Of a DNA stretch of 64,000 nucleotides, positions 30,237-39,462 are shown piece by piece (position 1 is the first letter of the stretch; the number at the start of each line of letters is the position of its first letter). A model generated the notes under the pieces. The model made no database searches. It saw only the letters and a program-made list of their open reading frames with translations, and was not told the origin of the DNA. Made by a program: the position numbers and the translations under genes. Location of the stretch: positions 1-64,000 of IMG/VR virus record IMGVR_UViG_3300040801_001593; one strand, 5' to 3'. This stretch comes from a virus.

Positions 30237-31945
30237 TGGATATAATCCAAGGTGTTGACTTTGAAAAATATGGGTTTGTCAAAACAGGAGACAAGCTCAT
30301 ATTTTCTGTATATAAAGCAACACAAAATAAGGATTGGAGAACATTCATAAAAGCTTCTTTTGAAGACTTTGTTAAGTGTTACTATAAGGCTATGAGTCTT
30401 GATGCAGAGCTTCCTAGAGACCGCAAAAGGAAACTTTCTACTTTCTTGAAATCTATATATGACCAAACCAATCCTTTAGTTGCATTGGTTATGATTAAGG
30501 CAGTATCTAAGTTTATTGATGAGGGAAAAGAGGAAGCAGATATTGTTTCTACAGTTGTGAGGAGTACTTTGCCAGATGCAGGATTTTCAAAAAGCCTGAT
30601 TGATGGTAAGTATGTATGGAAAATAGATGATAAGAAAAAATTCAAGCATAGTATAGGAAAAGCTTTTGTTTTAAATTATATTAATAACAGTTTTGATAAA
30701 GACTCTGTTTGGAAATGGTTGAAAAAGCATTGTTATCAAAATGCTGATGGAATGTGGCAATATAAAAGCCAAAATTCAAAACAAAAACTTATTAACATTG
30801 TAAAATCGTTTATCAAAGATGGAGGTATCCTTGTGGAAGAAAATATAAACAAAGACTTTAATGCCTTTGTTCCACTAAAAGTTCTAAATAAAGATTTGAG
30901 TGGCTCTGACCGCTTTGTTATGACCAAAGAAGTTGATGGAGTTAAAAACTACTATGTGACCGGAGTGGCTGCAAACACTTCTGTTGACAGAGATGAAGAA
31001 AGAATTGGTGAAAACTTTATTGCAAAGATGAAAGAACAAGCAAAGGGACTTCCTCTATTAGCTAACTCTCATTATGCTAAAGAGATGGATGACACCATTG
31101 GTGTAGTTGAGCAGACTTCTGGGGATAAGACTACTTTTGAAATTGTAGCAAAACTTGAAGACCCAGAAATGAATCCAAATGTTAAGAAATTCCTAAGTAA
31201 AGCTCAACTCGGAGTAAATTATGGATTCTCTGTTGGAGGAAGAATAACAAAGGCTTTTAGAGAGTATAATAAAGACCTTGATAAAGAGATTGTTGTTCTA
31301 GCTGATGGAGGTTTACACCACGTACTACTTACTAATCAGCCTGCAAACCCTGAGACCTTTGCAGAAGCTATTGCTAAGAGCTTAAATAAGGACTGTTTAG
31401 AGGGAGAGGGAGCTAAAGAGGGTAAGAGAAGTTTAGAGAAGATTTACAGTGTTAAACACCGCTCTGCACTGCACAAGAATGAACCTTCTATTGAAGAAGT
31501 TATGAAATCAGTTTCTGAATTACCAGATACTGCTTTCCCTATAAATCATAAAGAGAAGAAAGTCTGTAAAGACTATGCTCATCATTTTGAGGAAAATGGA
31601 GAACTTTACCTTCACAAAAGTCTTTTAGTGAAAGCTTATAAAAAGGCTGTTGAGGAAAATGCTGACAAGTTTGTTATTAATCACTTACAGAATCACCTAT
31701 ATACAATAGGTTTGAGTAAGATGATTGATGAAATTGAAGGCATTAAGAGTTCTGTTGAGAATCTTGAAGAAGTTGAAAGCTTGACTAAGGAAATTGCTTC
31801 TGAACTGAAAGAGCTTTTTAAAAGCGTTCAATCAGTTAAGAAGTTGGGAGCATCTAAAGTTGAAAAAGTTGATATGTTGAAAAGTGTTATTGCTGATGTG
31901 AGCCAGAATATATATAAAAGTATTGAAAAAATTAATGTGGAGTAA
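30236..31945 (+). CDS. prohead protease (HK97/S78-like) fused to N-terminal and coiled-coil C-terminal domains
   Basis: The central region GLPLLANSHY...DTIGVV ... NYGFSVGGRI resembles the His and Ser blocks of S78 prohead proteases. TGATG overlap with the portal gene. Confidence 0.55.
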   Translation: MDIIQGVDFEKYGFVKTGDKLIFSVYKATQNKDWRTFIKASFEDFVKCYYKAMSLDAELPRDRKRKLSTFLKSIYDQTNPLVALVMIKAVSKFIDEGKEEADIVSTVVRSTLPDAGFSKSLIDGKYVWKIDDKKKFKHSIGKAFVLNYINNSFDKDSVWKWLKKHCYQNADGMWQYKSQNSKQKLINIVKSFIKDGGILVEENINKDFNAFVPLKVLNKDLSGSDRFVMTKEVDGVKNYYVTGVAANTSVDRDEERIGENFIAKMKEQAKGLPLLANSHYAKEMDDTIGVVEQTSGDKTTFEIVAKLEDPEMNPNVKKFLSKAQLGVNYGFSVGGRITKAFREYNKDLDKEIVVLADGGLHHVLLTNQPANPETFAEAIAKSLNKDCLEGEGAKEGKRSLEKIYSVKHRSALHKNEPSIEEVMKSVSELPDTAFPINHKEKKVCKDYAHHFEENGELYLHKSLLVKAYKKAVEENADKFVINHLQNHLYTIGLSKMIDEIEGIKSSVENLEEVESLTKEIASELKELFKSVQSVKKLGASKVEKVDMLKSVIADVSQNIYKSIEKINVE

Positions 31946-31950
31946 ACATT

Positions 31951-32604
31951 ATGAAAATGAATCATGAAGAAATCCAAAACCTTCTCAAAGATGCAGTATC
32001 AAGTGCACTTGGAGAAGAAGTTCCTGCTGCAACTGAAAAAGAATCTGACCTAACTAAACAGGTCAAAGCTCTTTCTGCTCAGGTATCTGCTTTGACAAAA
32101 GCTGCTGCAACTGGTTTTGAAAAGCCAAAAACCACTGAAGATCTTGTTAAAGAGGCAGTTGCTCCTTTAATGGCTCAGGTTGAAGAGCTTAAAAAATCTT
32201 CTGGTGAAGAAGCTCCTGCAAAGCTTCCTGAAACTGCTGAAGAACTTAATGAGATTATTGCAAAAAGCGTTAAAGAAGCACTTGCAAAATCTACTGATGA
32301 AAATGAGCCTTCTGGTAAAGGAAAAGATGACCTTGCTAAAATGATAGAGAATATGTCTGATGAAGAAGCAGGGGAGCTTATTAAAAGCCTTTCTGATGAC
32401 TCTGAAGGTGTAGAAGGTACACCTGTTACTAAAAAGAATCTTAGTAAATCAGTAGAGCTTTCTGAAGAGCTTGAAGATGCAAATGGTAACCCTCTTACTA
32501 AAGAACAGCGTGCAAGCCGTGCTGCTCTTGATAATTTCTTCGGTAAAACTATGGAGCAGAGTGCTGCAAGATTTACCGGTATGAATGAATCTGACGAGGA
32601 CTAA
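31951..32604 (+). CDS. scaffolding protein
   Basis: 217 aa. Ala/Glu/Lys-rich, helical and acidic. Lies directly upstream of the capsid gene. Confidence 0.65.
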   Translation: MKMNHEEIQNLLKDAVSSALGEEVPAATEKESDLTKQVKALSAQVSALTKAAATGFEKPKTTEDLVKEAVAPLMAQVEELKKSSGEEAPAKLPETAEELNEIIAKSVKEALAKSTDENEPSGKGKDDLAKMIENMSDEEAGELIKSLSDDSEGVEGTPVTKKNLSKSVELSEELEDANGNPLTKEQRASRAALDNFFGKTMEQSAARFTGMNESDED

Positions 32605-32609
32605 TCTAT

Positions 32610-32632
32610 AAGGGGCTTGCGCCCCTTTATTT
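32610..32632 (+). terminator. rho-independent terminator/attenuator
   Basis: AAGGGGC-TTGC-GCCCCTT followed by TATTT. Confidence 0.6.
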
Positions 32633-32714
32633 GAGGAAACTGTAAGATTTGTAAACTCACCCAAAACAACTTATGTTGCATTAAACTATTAATTAACCTG
32701 TGAATGAGGTATTT

Positions 32715-33698
32715 ATGAAACTCAAATCTATGAATGATATTAAAAGCCTTTTACAAAAGGCTGTCCGTATTGGTGCAGGTCAGACAAACAATGTGGCTAA
32801 TCCATTTTTGCCTGAACCACTTGCAGCAACTTTTATTGACATTGTTACAGAGTACAACAATTTCCGCAAAATCTTCCGTTCTATGAAAATGAATAGTGCT
32901 ACACGTACTATTCCTAAACTTCTAACTGGAACTGAAGTGTATTACCAACCTTATGAAGCAACTGCAGGAGAAGAAACTAACTTCACAGCAAGTAGCATTC
33001 AACTGGTTGCTAAGAAACTTTTCTCTTGGTTAGAAATTTCAGAAGAAACCTTTGAAGATGGTATTGTTGACATGCGTACTATGATTCGTATGCTTTTCGC
33101 TCGTGGTATGGGTATCTCTGAAGAGAAAGCATTCCTTACTGGTGATGTTGATTATCCTAATACTACTGCTGTTAAAGCTAATGCTACCGATACTGTTTGG
33201 TTCAATAAAGATGCAAGACTTGCATTTGATGGACTTCTAACTATAGGTCGTGAATCTGGAACTCGTCAGACTGTAAATGGTGCTGCAACTGTAGATGTAT
33301 TTGGTGAAGCAATTTACCGTATGGGTCTATATGCAAAACGTATGGGAGACCTTGTGTCTTTTGTCAATCCTTGGTCTGCTAACCAGTTGCTAAGAGATGA
33401 CACTCTTCTTACTGTTGACAAGTATGGTAGTAAAGCTACTATTCTATCTGGTGAGATTGGTAAAATCTTTGGTAAATGGACTATAATCAACAGTGATTAT
33501 ATTCCTGCTGGAGAAGCTGTTTCTACAGTAAGAGATAATGTTATTCTTGGTGACCGTAGAATGGTTAAATTCCAAGAAGACTTGGCTATCAAAAATGACA
33601 GCCAGATTTGGGCAATATCTGAACGTGTTGCCATGGAAGTTGAATATGACGAAGCTGTGCTTTATATGCATGGTCTTCAAAAACCTTCTGCTTCATAA
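32715..33698 (+). CDS. major capsid protein (HK97-fold by position and size)
   Basis: ATG at 32715 follows TGAGG. About 327 aa. Follows the protease and scaffold genes and is followed by a strong terminator. Confidence 0.7.
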   Translation: MKLKSMNDIKSLLQKAVRIGAGQTNNVANPFLPEPLAATFIDIVTEYNNFRKIFRSMKMNSATRTIPKLLTGTEVYYQPYEATAGEETNFTASSIQLVAKKLFSWLEISEETFEDGIVDMRTMIRMLFARGMGISEEKAFLTGDVDYPNTTAVKANATDTVWFNKDARLAFDGLLTIGRESGTRQTVNGAATVDVFGEAIYRMGLYAKRMGDLVSFVNPWSANQLLRDDTLLTVDKYGSKATILSGEIGKIFGKWTIINSDYIPAGEAVSTVRDNVILGDRRMVKFQEDLAIKNDSQIWAISERVAMEVEYDEAVLYMHGLQKPSAS

Positions 33699-33731
33699 TT
33701 TTATAAACTGTTTATTTATAAAATTAAACAA

Positions 33732-33760
33732 GGGAGTCCTAATTTTAGGATTCCCTTTTT
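33732..33760 (+). terminator. rho-independent terminator
   Basis: GGGAGTCCT-AATTTT-AGGATTCCC (one mismatch) followed by TTTTT. Confidence 0.7.
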
Positions 33761-33824
33761 AATTTAGGGGCAATGTATTATATTAGAGTAAAGGAAAGAG
33801 TGTATTTTATAAATTGGAGGATAT

Positions 33825-36146
33825 ATGTTACCAGAAACCAGCCAAAATCGCAACTTAAGGAAAAGAGGACTTTCTACAAGGCAAGCAAAGAGAAGAAGTG
33901 ACAACTTAATTAAACACCAAACAGAGAAGAGTCCTGAGCAAGGAGATATTCTTTGCAAATTTGGTAAAGACTCTAAAGTAGTAAGAGGAAATTCCGGCTT
34001 CTCTATTGACATTAGTGATGTTGATGCAAATGATGTTGGAGCAATAGAGATTGCTCAGGCTTGGGAAGTTGCACGTGGTCCAATGGTTAAATTCCTAAAG
34101 AATGGAACTCAACAAGTAATAGCTCCTACCAGAAAAGCTAGACCTAAAATGATTCATTTTGGTCTTTGGATGAATAATGTAAGCCATTACTCTGGAGGAA
34201 GAGTTCACTTGATGCTTATGGCTTATAACCTTGCTGCAATGGGGCACAAAGTTACAATAGTAACTGACAGGCTTCCTAAATTCCTTGATGACCTTAAATA
34301 CATTGAAGTAGAAGATAGAATTGAGTTTGTTGAAGGGGAGAAGTGTTTAGAAACCAATTGGCTCATGAAATCTACTATGAACAATATTGATGTGGTAATT
34401 GCTACTCCTAGAATATATGAAGCCTTTCACTATGCTAAGAAATGGGGATGTACATGTTATGCATTTCTACTTGAAACTCCTAACTATGTATCTCAATTTA
34501 GAGGTGGTCAGGATTCTACAGAAGTTTACTGGAAAGACTACAAACAGCTTATAATGCAGACTGCTGATTTTGTGCTTTGCAACCCTGGTCCAACCATTGA
34601 AGGGGCAAAAGAATGGCTAAAGGATTTTAGAGGTAAGTTCTTTGAAATGCCTCCTGCTATAAATACTGAAGCAGCAGATAAAGTAGAATGTGAGGAAGAG
34701 AATGAAGTTTGTTTTGTAGGGAGACACCTTGATTTCAAATGCCCTGATGATGTAGTATTTGCTATAAGTAAAATACCAGAAGGGATAAGACCAGTAATAA
34801 ACTATATAGGTTCTCACAATGATAGGGTAAGGAAAAGAATACTGGATAAGGCTAGACCTTTAAAGGTAGGGGTGAGATTTTATGCTGGTGTTGACGATTA
34901 CGAAAAGTTCCTTCTTATAAAGCGCTCAAAATTAATGATTATCCCTACTAAGTTTGAAGGCTTTGGTATGCCTCCTGCTGAAGCAATATATTGTAACACT
35001 ACGGTAGTGTGCTATGAGCTACCTATTACCCGTCACATCTACGGAGACTCTGTGCAGTATGTGAAATCAGGGGATACTAATGCATTAGGTAAGAAAGTAA
35101 GGGAGCTAATAGAAAACCCTGAGAAACGGCTTAAAATAGCTGAGGAAGCTCGCAAAAACATGTTTAACCCTAAAAGTAACAATCCTTGTCTACCTTATAA
35201 GATTAAAAACATATGTAGGGATGCTTTTTATGGTAAAAGTGAAGAGCTTAAGATGACTGCTGGAATTATTGTTCTTAATGGTGCTGATGTAGTAAGGTTA
35301 GCAATTGAGTCTGTATATGATTCTATGGAGCACATAATTGTGGTAGAAGGAATTGTTGAGCACTATGCAAAGCAGAATCCTACTCACCATAATATGGGAC
35401 ATTCTATTGACAAGACATTAGAAGTTATAAGCCAAATTGATGACCCTCTGGGTAAAATTGAGGTAGTCACTATTGAAGATGCTTTCCCTAACAGAGAGAA
35501 GCCTTTCTGGAAGAATAAGAATGAAATGCAGAATGAGATTGCTAAAAGAGTGAACACTCCTTTATACCTTAAAGTTGATTCTGATGAGATATGGAAAGAG
35601 TCAGACATTGAGTATGTCAAAAGAGTATTTCTCAATGACCCTAAATTAACTACTATGTATATGAGAAGATGGCACTTTTGGAAGAATCTTGAAACAGTTG
35701 CTGTTGGCGGTCAATGGGATTGTGCTGAGGCTCGTGCTTGGAGATGGGAAAAAGGTTTCCATCATAATATGGAAGATAAGAAAGGCTTCAACTATTTAGT
35801 AGATAGCCAAGGTAAGAGAGTTGCTGACCCTCAATATAAGAGTATTCAAATAATGGAGAGACTTCACTACCATTTAGGATACTGCCGGAAAGAAGAGCAT
35901 ATTCAAGGTAAGATTAGATACTATGCAAATAGAGGAATTGAGCAGAATGTTAAGGATAATTACACTGATTGGAAAGAGGGTCAACCTACCAATTCCACTC
36001 ACCCTTCTGGAACAACTGCTATACCATTCAAAGGTAAACTTCCTTTTATACTTCACAGTAGCTATCACAAGAAGTTAGAACAGAACCCTAAAGAATGTGT
36101 TCAAAATAATGATGGCATGCTAAATGCACGTGGAAAGGATGATTAA
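33825..36146 (+). CDS. two-domain glycosyltransferase (GT-B/GT4-like plus GT-A/GT2-like)
   Basis: The N-terminal half has SGGRVH..LA..GHKVTIVTD and the EX7E motif FEGFGMPPAEAIY. The C-terminal half has TAGIIVLNGADVV... and a DxD-like VDSDEIW. Confidence 0.7.
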   Translation: MLPETSQNRNLRKRGLSTRQAKRRSDNLIKHQTEKSPEQGDILCKFGKDSKVVRGNSGFSIDISDVDANDVGAIEIAQAWEVARGPMVKFLKNGTQQVIAPTRKARPKMIHFGLWMNNVSHYSGGRVHLMLMAYNLAAMGHKVTIVTDRLPKFLDDLKYIEVEDRIEFVEGEKCLETNWLMKSTMNNIDVVIATPRIYEAFHYAKKWGCTCYAFLLETPNYVSQFRGGQDSTEVYWKDYKQLIMQTADFVLCNPGPTIEGAKEWLKDFRGKFFEMPPAINTEAADKVECEEENEVCFVGRHLDFKCPDDVVFAISKIPEGIRPVINYIGSHNDRVRKRILDKARPLKVGVRFYAGVDDYEKFLLIKRSKLMIIPTKFEGFGMPPAEAIYCNTTVVCYELPITRHIYGDSVQYVKSGDTNALGKKVRELIENPEKRLKIAEEARKNMFNPKSNNPCLPYKIKNICRDAFYGKSEELKMTAGIIVLNGADVVRLAIESVYDSMEHIIVVEGIVEHYAKQNPTHHNMGHSIDKTLEVISQIDDPLGKIEVVTIEDAFPNREKPFWKNKNEMQNEIAKRVNTPLYLKVDSDEIWKESDIEYVKRVFLNDPKLTTMYMRRWHFWKNLETVAVGGQWDCAEARAWRWEKGFHHNMEDKKGFNYLVDSQGKRVADPQYKSIQIMERLHYHLGYCRKEEHIQGKIRYYANRGIEQNVKDNYTDWKEGQPTNSTHPSGTTAIPFKGKLPFILHSSYHKKLEQNPKECVQNNDGMLNARGKDD

Positions 36147-36147
36147 T

Positions 36148-36615
36148 ATGGTGTTTGTAAAAAGATGTCTTAGAGTTCAAGAGAGGGGAGGGAAACCCTC
36201 AATGAACTCACGTTGTAAAAACAATACAGAGGTTAATGGAGTACTTTGTAAGGATTGTCTTAAGGAAGCCAAACAACATCCAGTTTATATTCTTATGAAT
36301 AATGCTGTGACATCTATATTTAATATTCCTTTTAAGAATCAACTTTTTGTTAAGTTAGATTTAAGTAAGAAGGTTAAGGATTTAAAACCAAAATCTGAAT
36401 CCTCTCAAAACTTAAAAATAAAAGCATTGCAAAGCAATCTTATGGAGGAGCTAGACAAACTCTCTGATTCTAAGCTTAAAGCAATGCATGATGAATTGGG
36501 GTTAAATATATGGAACACTTTAAAGAAGCAAAAAAAGACTAAGTATGCAATAAGGTACATGACTTCTAAGGAAATCATAAATAGATTTGCAATATCAGGA
36601 ATTAGCCAAGGATAA
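36148..36615 (+). CDS. hypothetical basic protein
   Basis: ATG lies 2 nt after the glycosyltransferase stop. Contains C-x12-C-x2-C. Confidence 0.5.
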   Translation: MVFVKRCLRVQERGGKPSMNSRCKNNTEVNGVLCKDCLKEAKQHPVYILMNNAVTSIFNIPFKNQLFVKLDLSKKVKDLKPKSESSQNLKIKALQSNLMEELDKLSDSKLKAMHDELGLNIWNTLKKQKKTKYAIRYMTSKEIINRFAISGISQG

Positions 36616-36676
36616 CTATTTTAAAAAAATATGTTATTATGTATATTTAAGTATAAAACTTAATAAGGAGATTTTA

Positions 36677-37096
36677 ATGAGTCTTACTAAACAATACCTA
36701 GCAATATCTGAGACTGGGGCTATAAGCGATAAGACACTTATAGAACCTGGTGTAACAGTAATGTCAGGAACTAATATACTTGATAAGTATATTAGAATTA
36801 AGCTCCATGAAGTAGACCTTACTATTGATGCTCAAGCTACAGTAGAGTTTAAACTTGGCTCTGTTAGCATATTCAAGAGGTCTCTAAACCAAAATGGAGA
36901 AATACATGCCCTTGATAGAGATATGGGATTGGTTGAGAACCTTAAAGGTTCAGAGCCTCTCACTATGTCTATTGTAGGAACAGCTAATGTCACTGGTTTT
37001 ATCCGGTGGAGTTGGGAATGGGCTGGTGGAAATAGAGCTTTGAAAGCTCAAGATACTTATGGTGAAGAAATAAGTAACACTGCAATTTATAATTAA
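36677..37096 (+). CDS. hypothetical virion-module protein (139 aa)
   Basis: ATG follows TAAGGAG. The upstream part of the track ORF is AT-rich intergenic sequence. Confidence 0.6.
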   Translation: MSLTKQYLAISETGAISDKTLIEPGVTVMSGTNILDKYIRIKLHEVDLTIDAQATVEFKLGSVSIFKRSLNQNGEIHALDRDMGLVENLKGSEPLTMSIVGTANVTGFIRWSWEWAGGNRALKAQDTYGEEISNTAIYN

Positions 37097-37117
37097 TAAT
37101 TTCTAAGGAGATTTAAA

Positions 37118-37501
37118 ATGGCAATAACACTACCTACTGGTACAAGAAACACTTTGGCTGATGCAGTTGATTCTTTAGTAAATGCTGGTTCAGCTAATGC
37201 AGCAGGTCTTTTAAGAATTGGCACAACTGGTATGGCATCAGTTCTTTCTGAGCATGATTTAAGTAACCCTGCTTTTGGAGCTGCTGCTTCAGGAGTAATC
37301 ACAGCCAATTCTATTTCAGATGATACTTCTGCAAACAATACTGGTACAGCAGCAGAAGCTCAACTGTTAGACAGAGACCGTAATATTATTATGACTCTTG
37401 AAGTTGGAGTCGGTAAGGAAATTACTATGGATAACTATGCTATACAAGCAGGAACTACTGTAAAAGTAAACTCTTTAACTATTACAATGCCTGCATCTTA
37501 A
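37118..37501 (+). CDS. conserved phage structural-module protein (Ala/Gly/Thr-rich, 127 aa)
   Basis: AAGGAG RBS. The pattern LP..RN...DA...L...G...G.L.I.T......LS.PAFG.A..G..TAN.I..DTSA..TG resembles a family I recall near capsid genes. Confidence 0.6.
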   Translation: MAITLPTGTRNTLADAVDSLVNAGSANAAGLLRIGTTGMASVLSEHDLSNPAFGAAASGVITANSISDDTSANNTGTAAEAQLLDRDRNIIMTLEVGVGKEITMDNYAIQAGTTVKVNSLTITMPAS

Positions 37502-37512
37502 GGAGGTAATTT

Positions 37513-37833
37513 ATGACAATGTTTGAAAGCATTGATAGAGGGTTGAGAAATGTAAATAGTGTTTGGTCAAATGTAGTACTTCTTTCCACTGGTGCTTTAA
37601 CCATGGAAGAAGTTTCTTTGCAACAAACTGAAAATCCCTTAACTGCAGATGAAGCTAACCAACTTTCAGAAGTTTTACAACACATAGGGAGTTTTACTAA
37701 TGAAGGTGACAAATCCACAGTTAGACAGAAACTAATGTCTGCTATGCATCTCTATGAACAACATAAGATTACTGTTGAAAAGTTTGAAGAGATTTTCAAT
37801 TTAACACCTTGCGGGTATTCATATCAGGGATAA
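37513..37833 (+). CDS. hypothetical protein
   Basis: AAGGAGG RBS. 106 aa. Confidence 0.6.
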   Translation: MTMFESIDRGLRNVNSVWSNVVLLSTGALTMEEVSLQQTENPLTADEANQLSEVLQHIGSFTNEGDKSTVRQKLMSAMHLYEQHKITVEKFEEIFNLTPCGYSYQG

Positions 37834-37842
37834 GGAGCTTTT

Positions 37843-39453
37843 ATGGCTAGTGAGATAAGGGCAATTGAAGGTACATTTAAATCCACAGATGCCACTGTGG
37901 ATCTAACCATATCAGGATTTGGTACTCCTCAAGCTTGTATAATATACATGCAAAAGATGCTCACAACTTCTATACCTGTTAAAGATAATGACTCGCTTTT
38001 ATACTCTACAGTTTTTTGGGATGGGACAAGGACAAGGACAACTGGATTAGTAGTAAGAGAAGGCATGGCAACTAGTGTTGCAAAAAATTATGGTAATGAT
38101 GGCAAAGCAGGAGTAGGAGGTGAAGGATTTGTAGAATACTCAATATCTTCTATTACAGATGGTATAAGGCTAACAAAAGTAAGTAATAATATAGCAAGAA
38201 CTAGATACACAGTTCTTTTTATTAAAGGTATGGAAAGTGTAAGAGTTGATGACTTTCGCCCAAATACTAGTAATGATGGCACTGTGTCAGTATCAGACCC
38301 TTCATTCCAACCAAGTGGAGCATTCTTTGCTAGAGCAGAGTGTCAGTATCCAGTAGAATCCATGGCAACTACTTTAAGATCAGATGCATTCTTAGTAGAA
38401 GGGGTTATGACTTATGATGGGTCAACTATAAACCAAGGAAGCTTAAATTGGTTTAGTGATGATGCACAAGCAACAACCTCATTAAGAGCAAAGATGTCAA
38501 ATTCAAGAATATCTTCACTGACTACCTTACAGGATTTAGAGATAACTTCTGTAAACTCTAATGGCTTTGTTTGCACATCAAGGGATGCCGAAGCTTCTAC
38601 CTATAGAGATGTAGCATACCTTGCTTATGAGCTACCTGCAGGTGAAAAGGCAGCACTGACTTTTGAAGACACTCCAACTTCTACAGGAAATGAAACTTAC
38701 TCAGGGTTAGGTATAACTCCTGACCATGTACTAACTTATGGGTTTAAAGGGACTAGCCTCAATACAGAATACAATGACCAAACTGCAGACTCTTTCTATG
38801 TTGGGTTTTTTAATGATAATGGAGAATCATTGTCTAATGGTGGAGGTGAGAGTGATGGAGCATCAACTTCTGCACCATATGTTTTTACATCTGATGGAGA
38901 TTGTATATTCCTTTATGATAATGGAGCTTCTCCAATATTAGAGGCAAGTTACTCATCCATGGCAGCAGGAAGCTACACCCTTAACTTTTCAACAGTGATG
39001 GCTTCATCTGCTAAATTTATGAGTTTAGCTATTGGTGAAGAAATAGAGTCCAATGCAGAGGGTTCAGCAACCCTACCTATGACAACTGCTGATGGAGATG
39101 CAAACCAAGAGTTTAATGCAGAGGGGTCAGGAACTATCCCTCAGTTCACTGCAGAGGGTTCAGCAACCCAAGAGTTTAGTGCAGAGGGTTCTGCAAACCT
39201 TCCTATGTTAGGTGCTGATGGGGAAGCAGGATGGTCTTTTAATGCAGATGGTTCAGCAACTCTTCCTTTATTAACGGCTGATGGTGAAGCAGAGTTGGAA
39301 TTTAATGTTAATGGCTCAGCAGTACTGCCACTGGTTGAAGCAAGTGGTGAGGCTGAAAATCCTCAACATGCTCCTTCATCTTTCAACCATTGGTATGAAT
39401 ATGAAGATGATGTTTATGAACCTTTAGGAGATGAACTTGACCCAAGTTTTTAA
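37843..39453 (+). CDS. structural protein with C-terminal A(E/D)GSATLP repeat array
   Basis: AAGGAG RBS. 536 aa. About six repeats lie between roughly nt 39052 and 39360. Confidence 0.7.
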   Translation: MASEIRAIEGTFKSTDATVDLTISGFGTPQACIIYMQKMLTTSIPVKDNDSLLYSTVFWDGTRTRTTGLVVREGMATSVAKNYGNDGKAGVGGEGFVEYSISSITDGIRLTKVSNNIARTRYTVLFIKGMESVRVDDFRPNTSNDGTVSVSDPSFQPSGAFFARAECQYPVESMATTLRSDAFLVEGVMTYDGSTINQGSLNWFSDDAQATTSLRAKMSNSRISSLTTLQDLEITSVNSNGFVCTSRDAEASTYRDVAYLAYELPAGEKAALTFEDTPTSTGNETYSGLGITPDHVLTYGFKGTSLNTEYNDQTADSFYVGFFNDNGESLSNGGGESDGASTSAPYVFTSDGDCIFLYDNGASPILEASYSSMAAGSYTLNFSTVMASSAKFMSLAIGEEIESNAEGSATLPMTTADGDANQEFNAEGSGTIPQFTAEGSATQEFSAEGSANLPMLGADGEAGWSFNADGSATLPLLTADGEAELEFNVNGSAVLPLVEASGEAENPQHAPSSFNHWYEYEDDVYEPLGDELDPSF

Positions 39454-39462
39454 GGAGATGAT

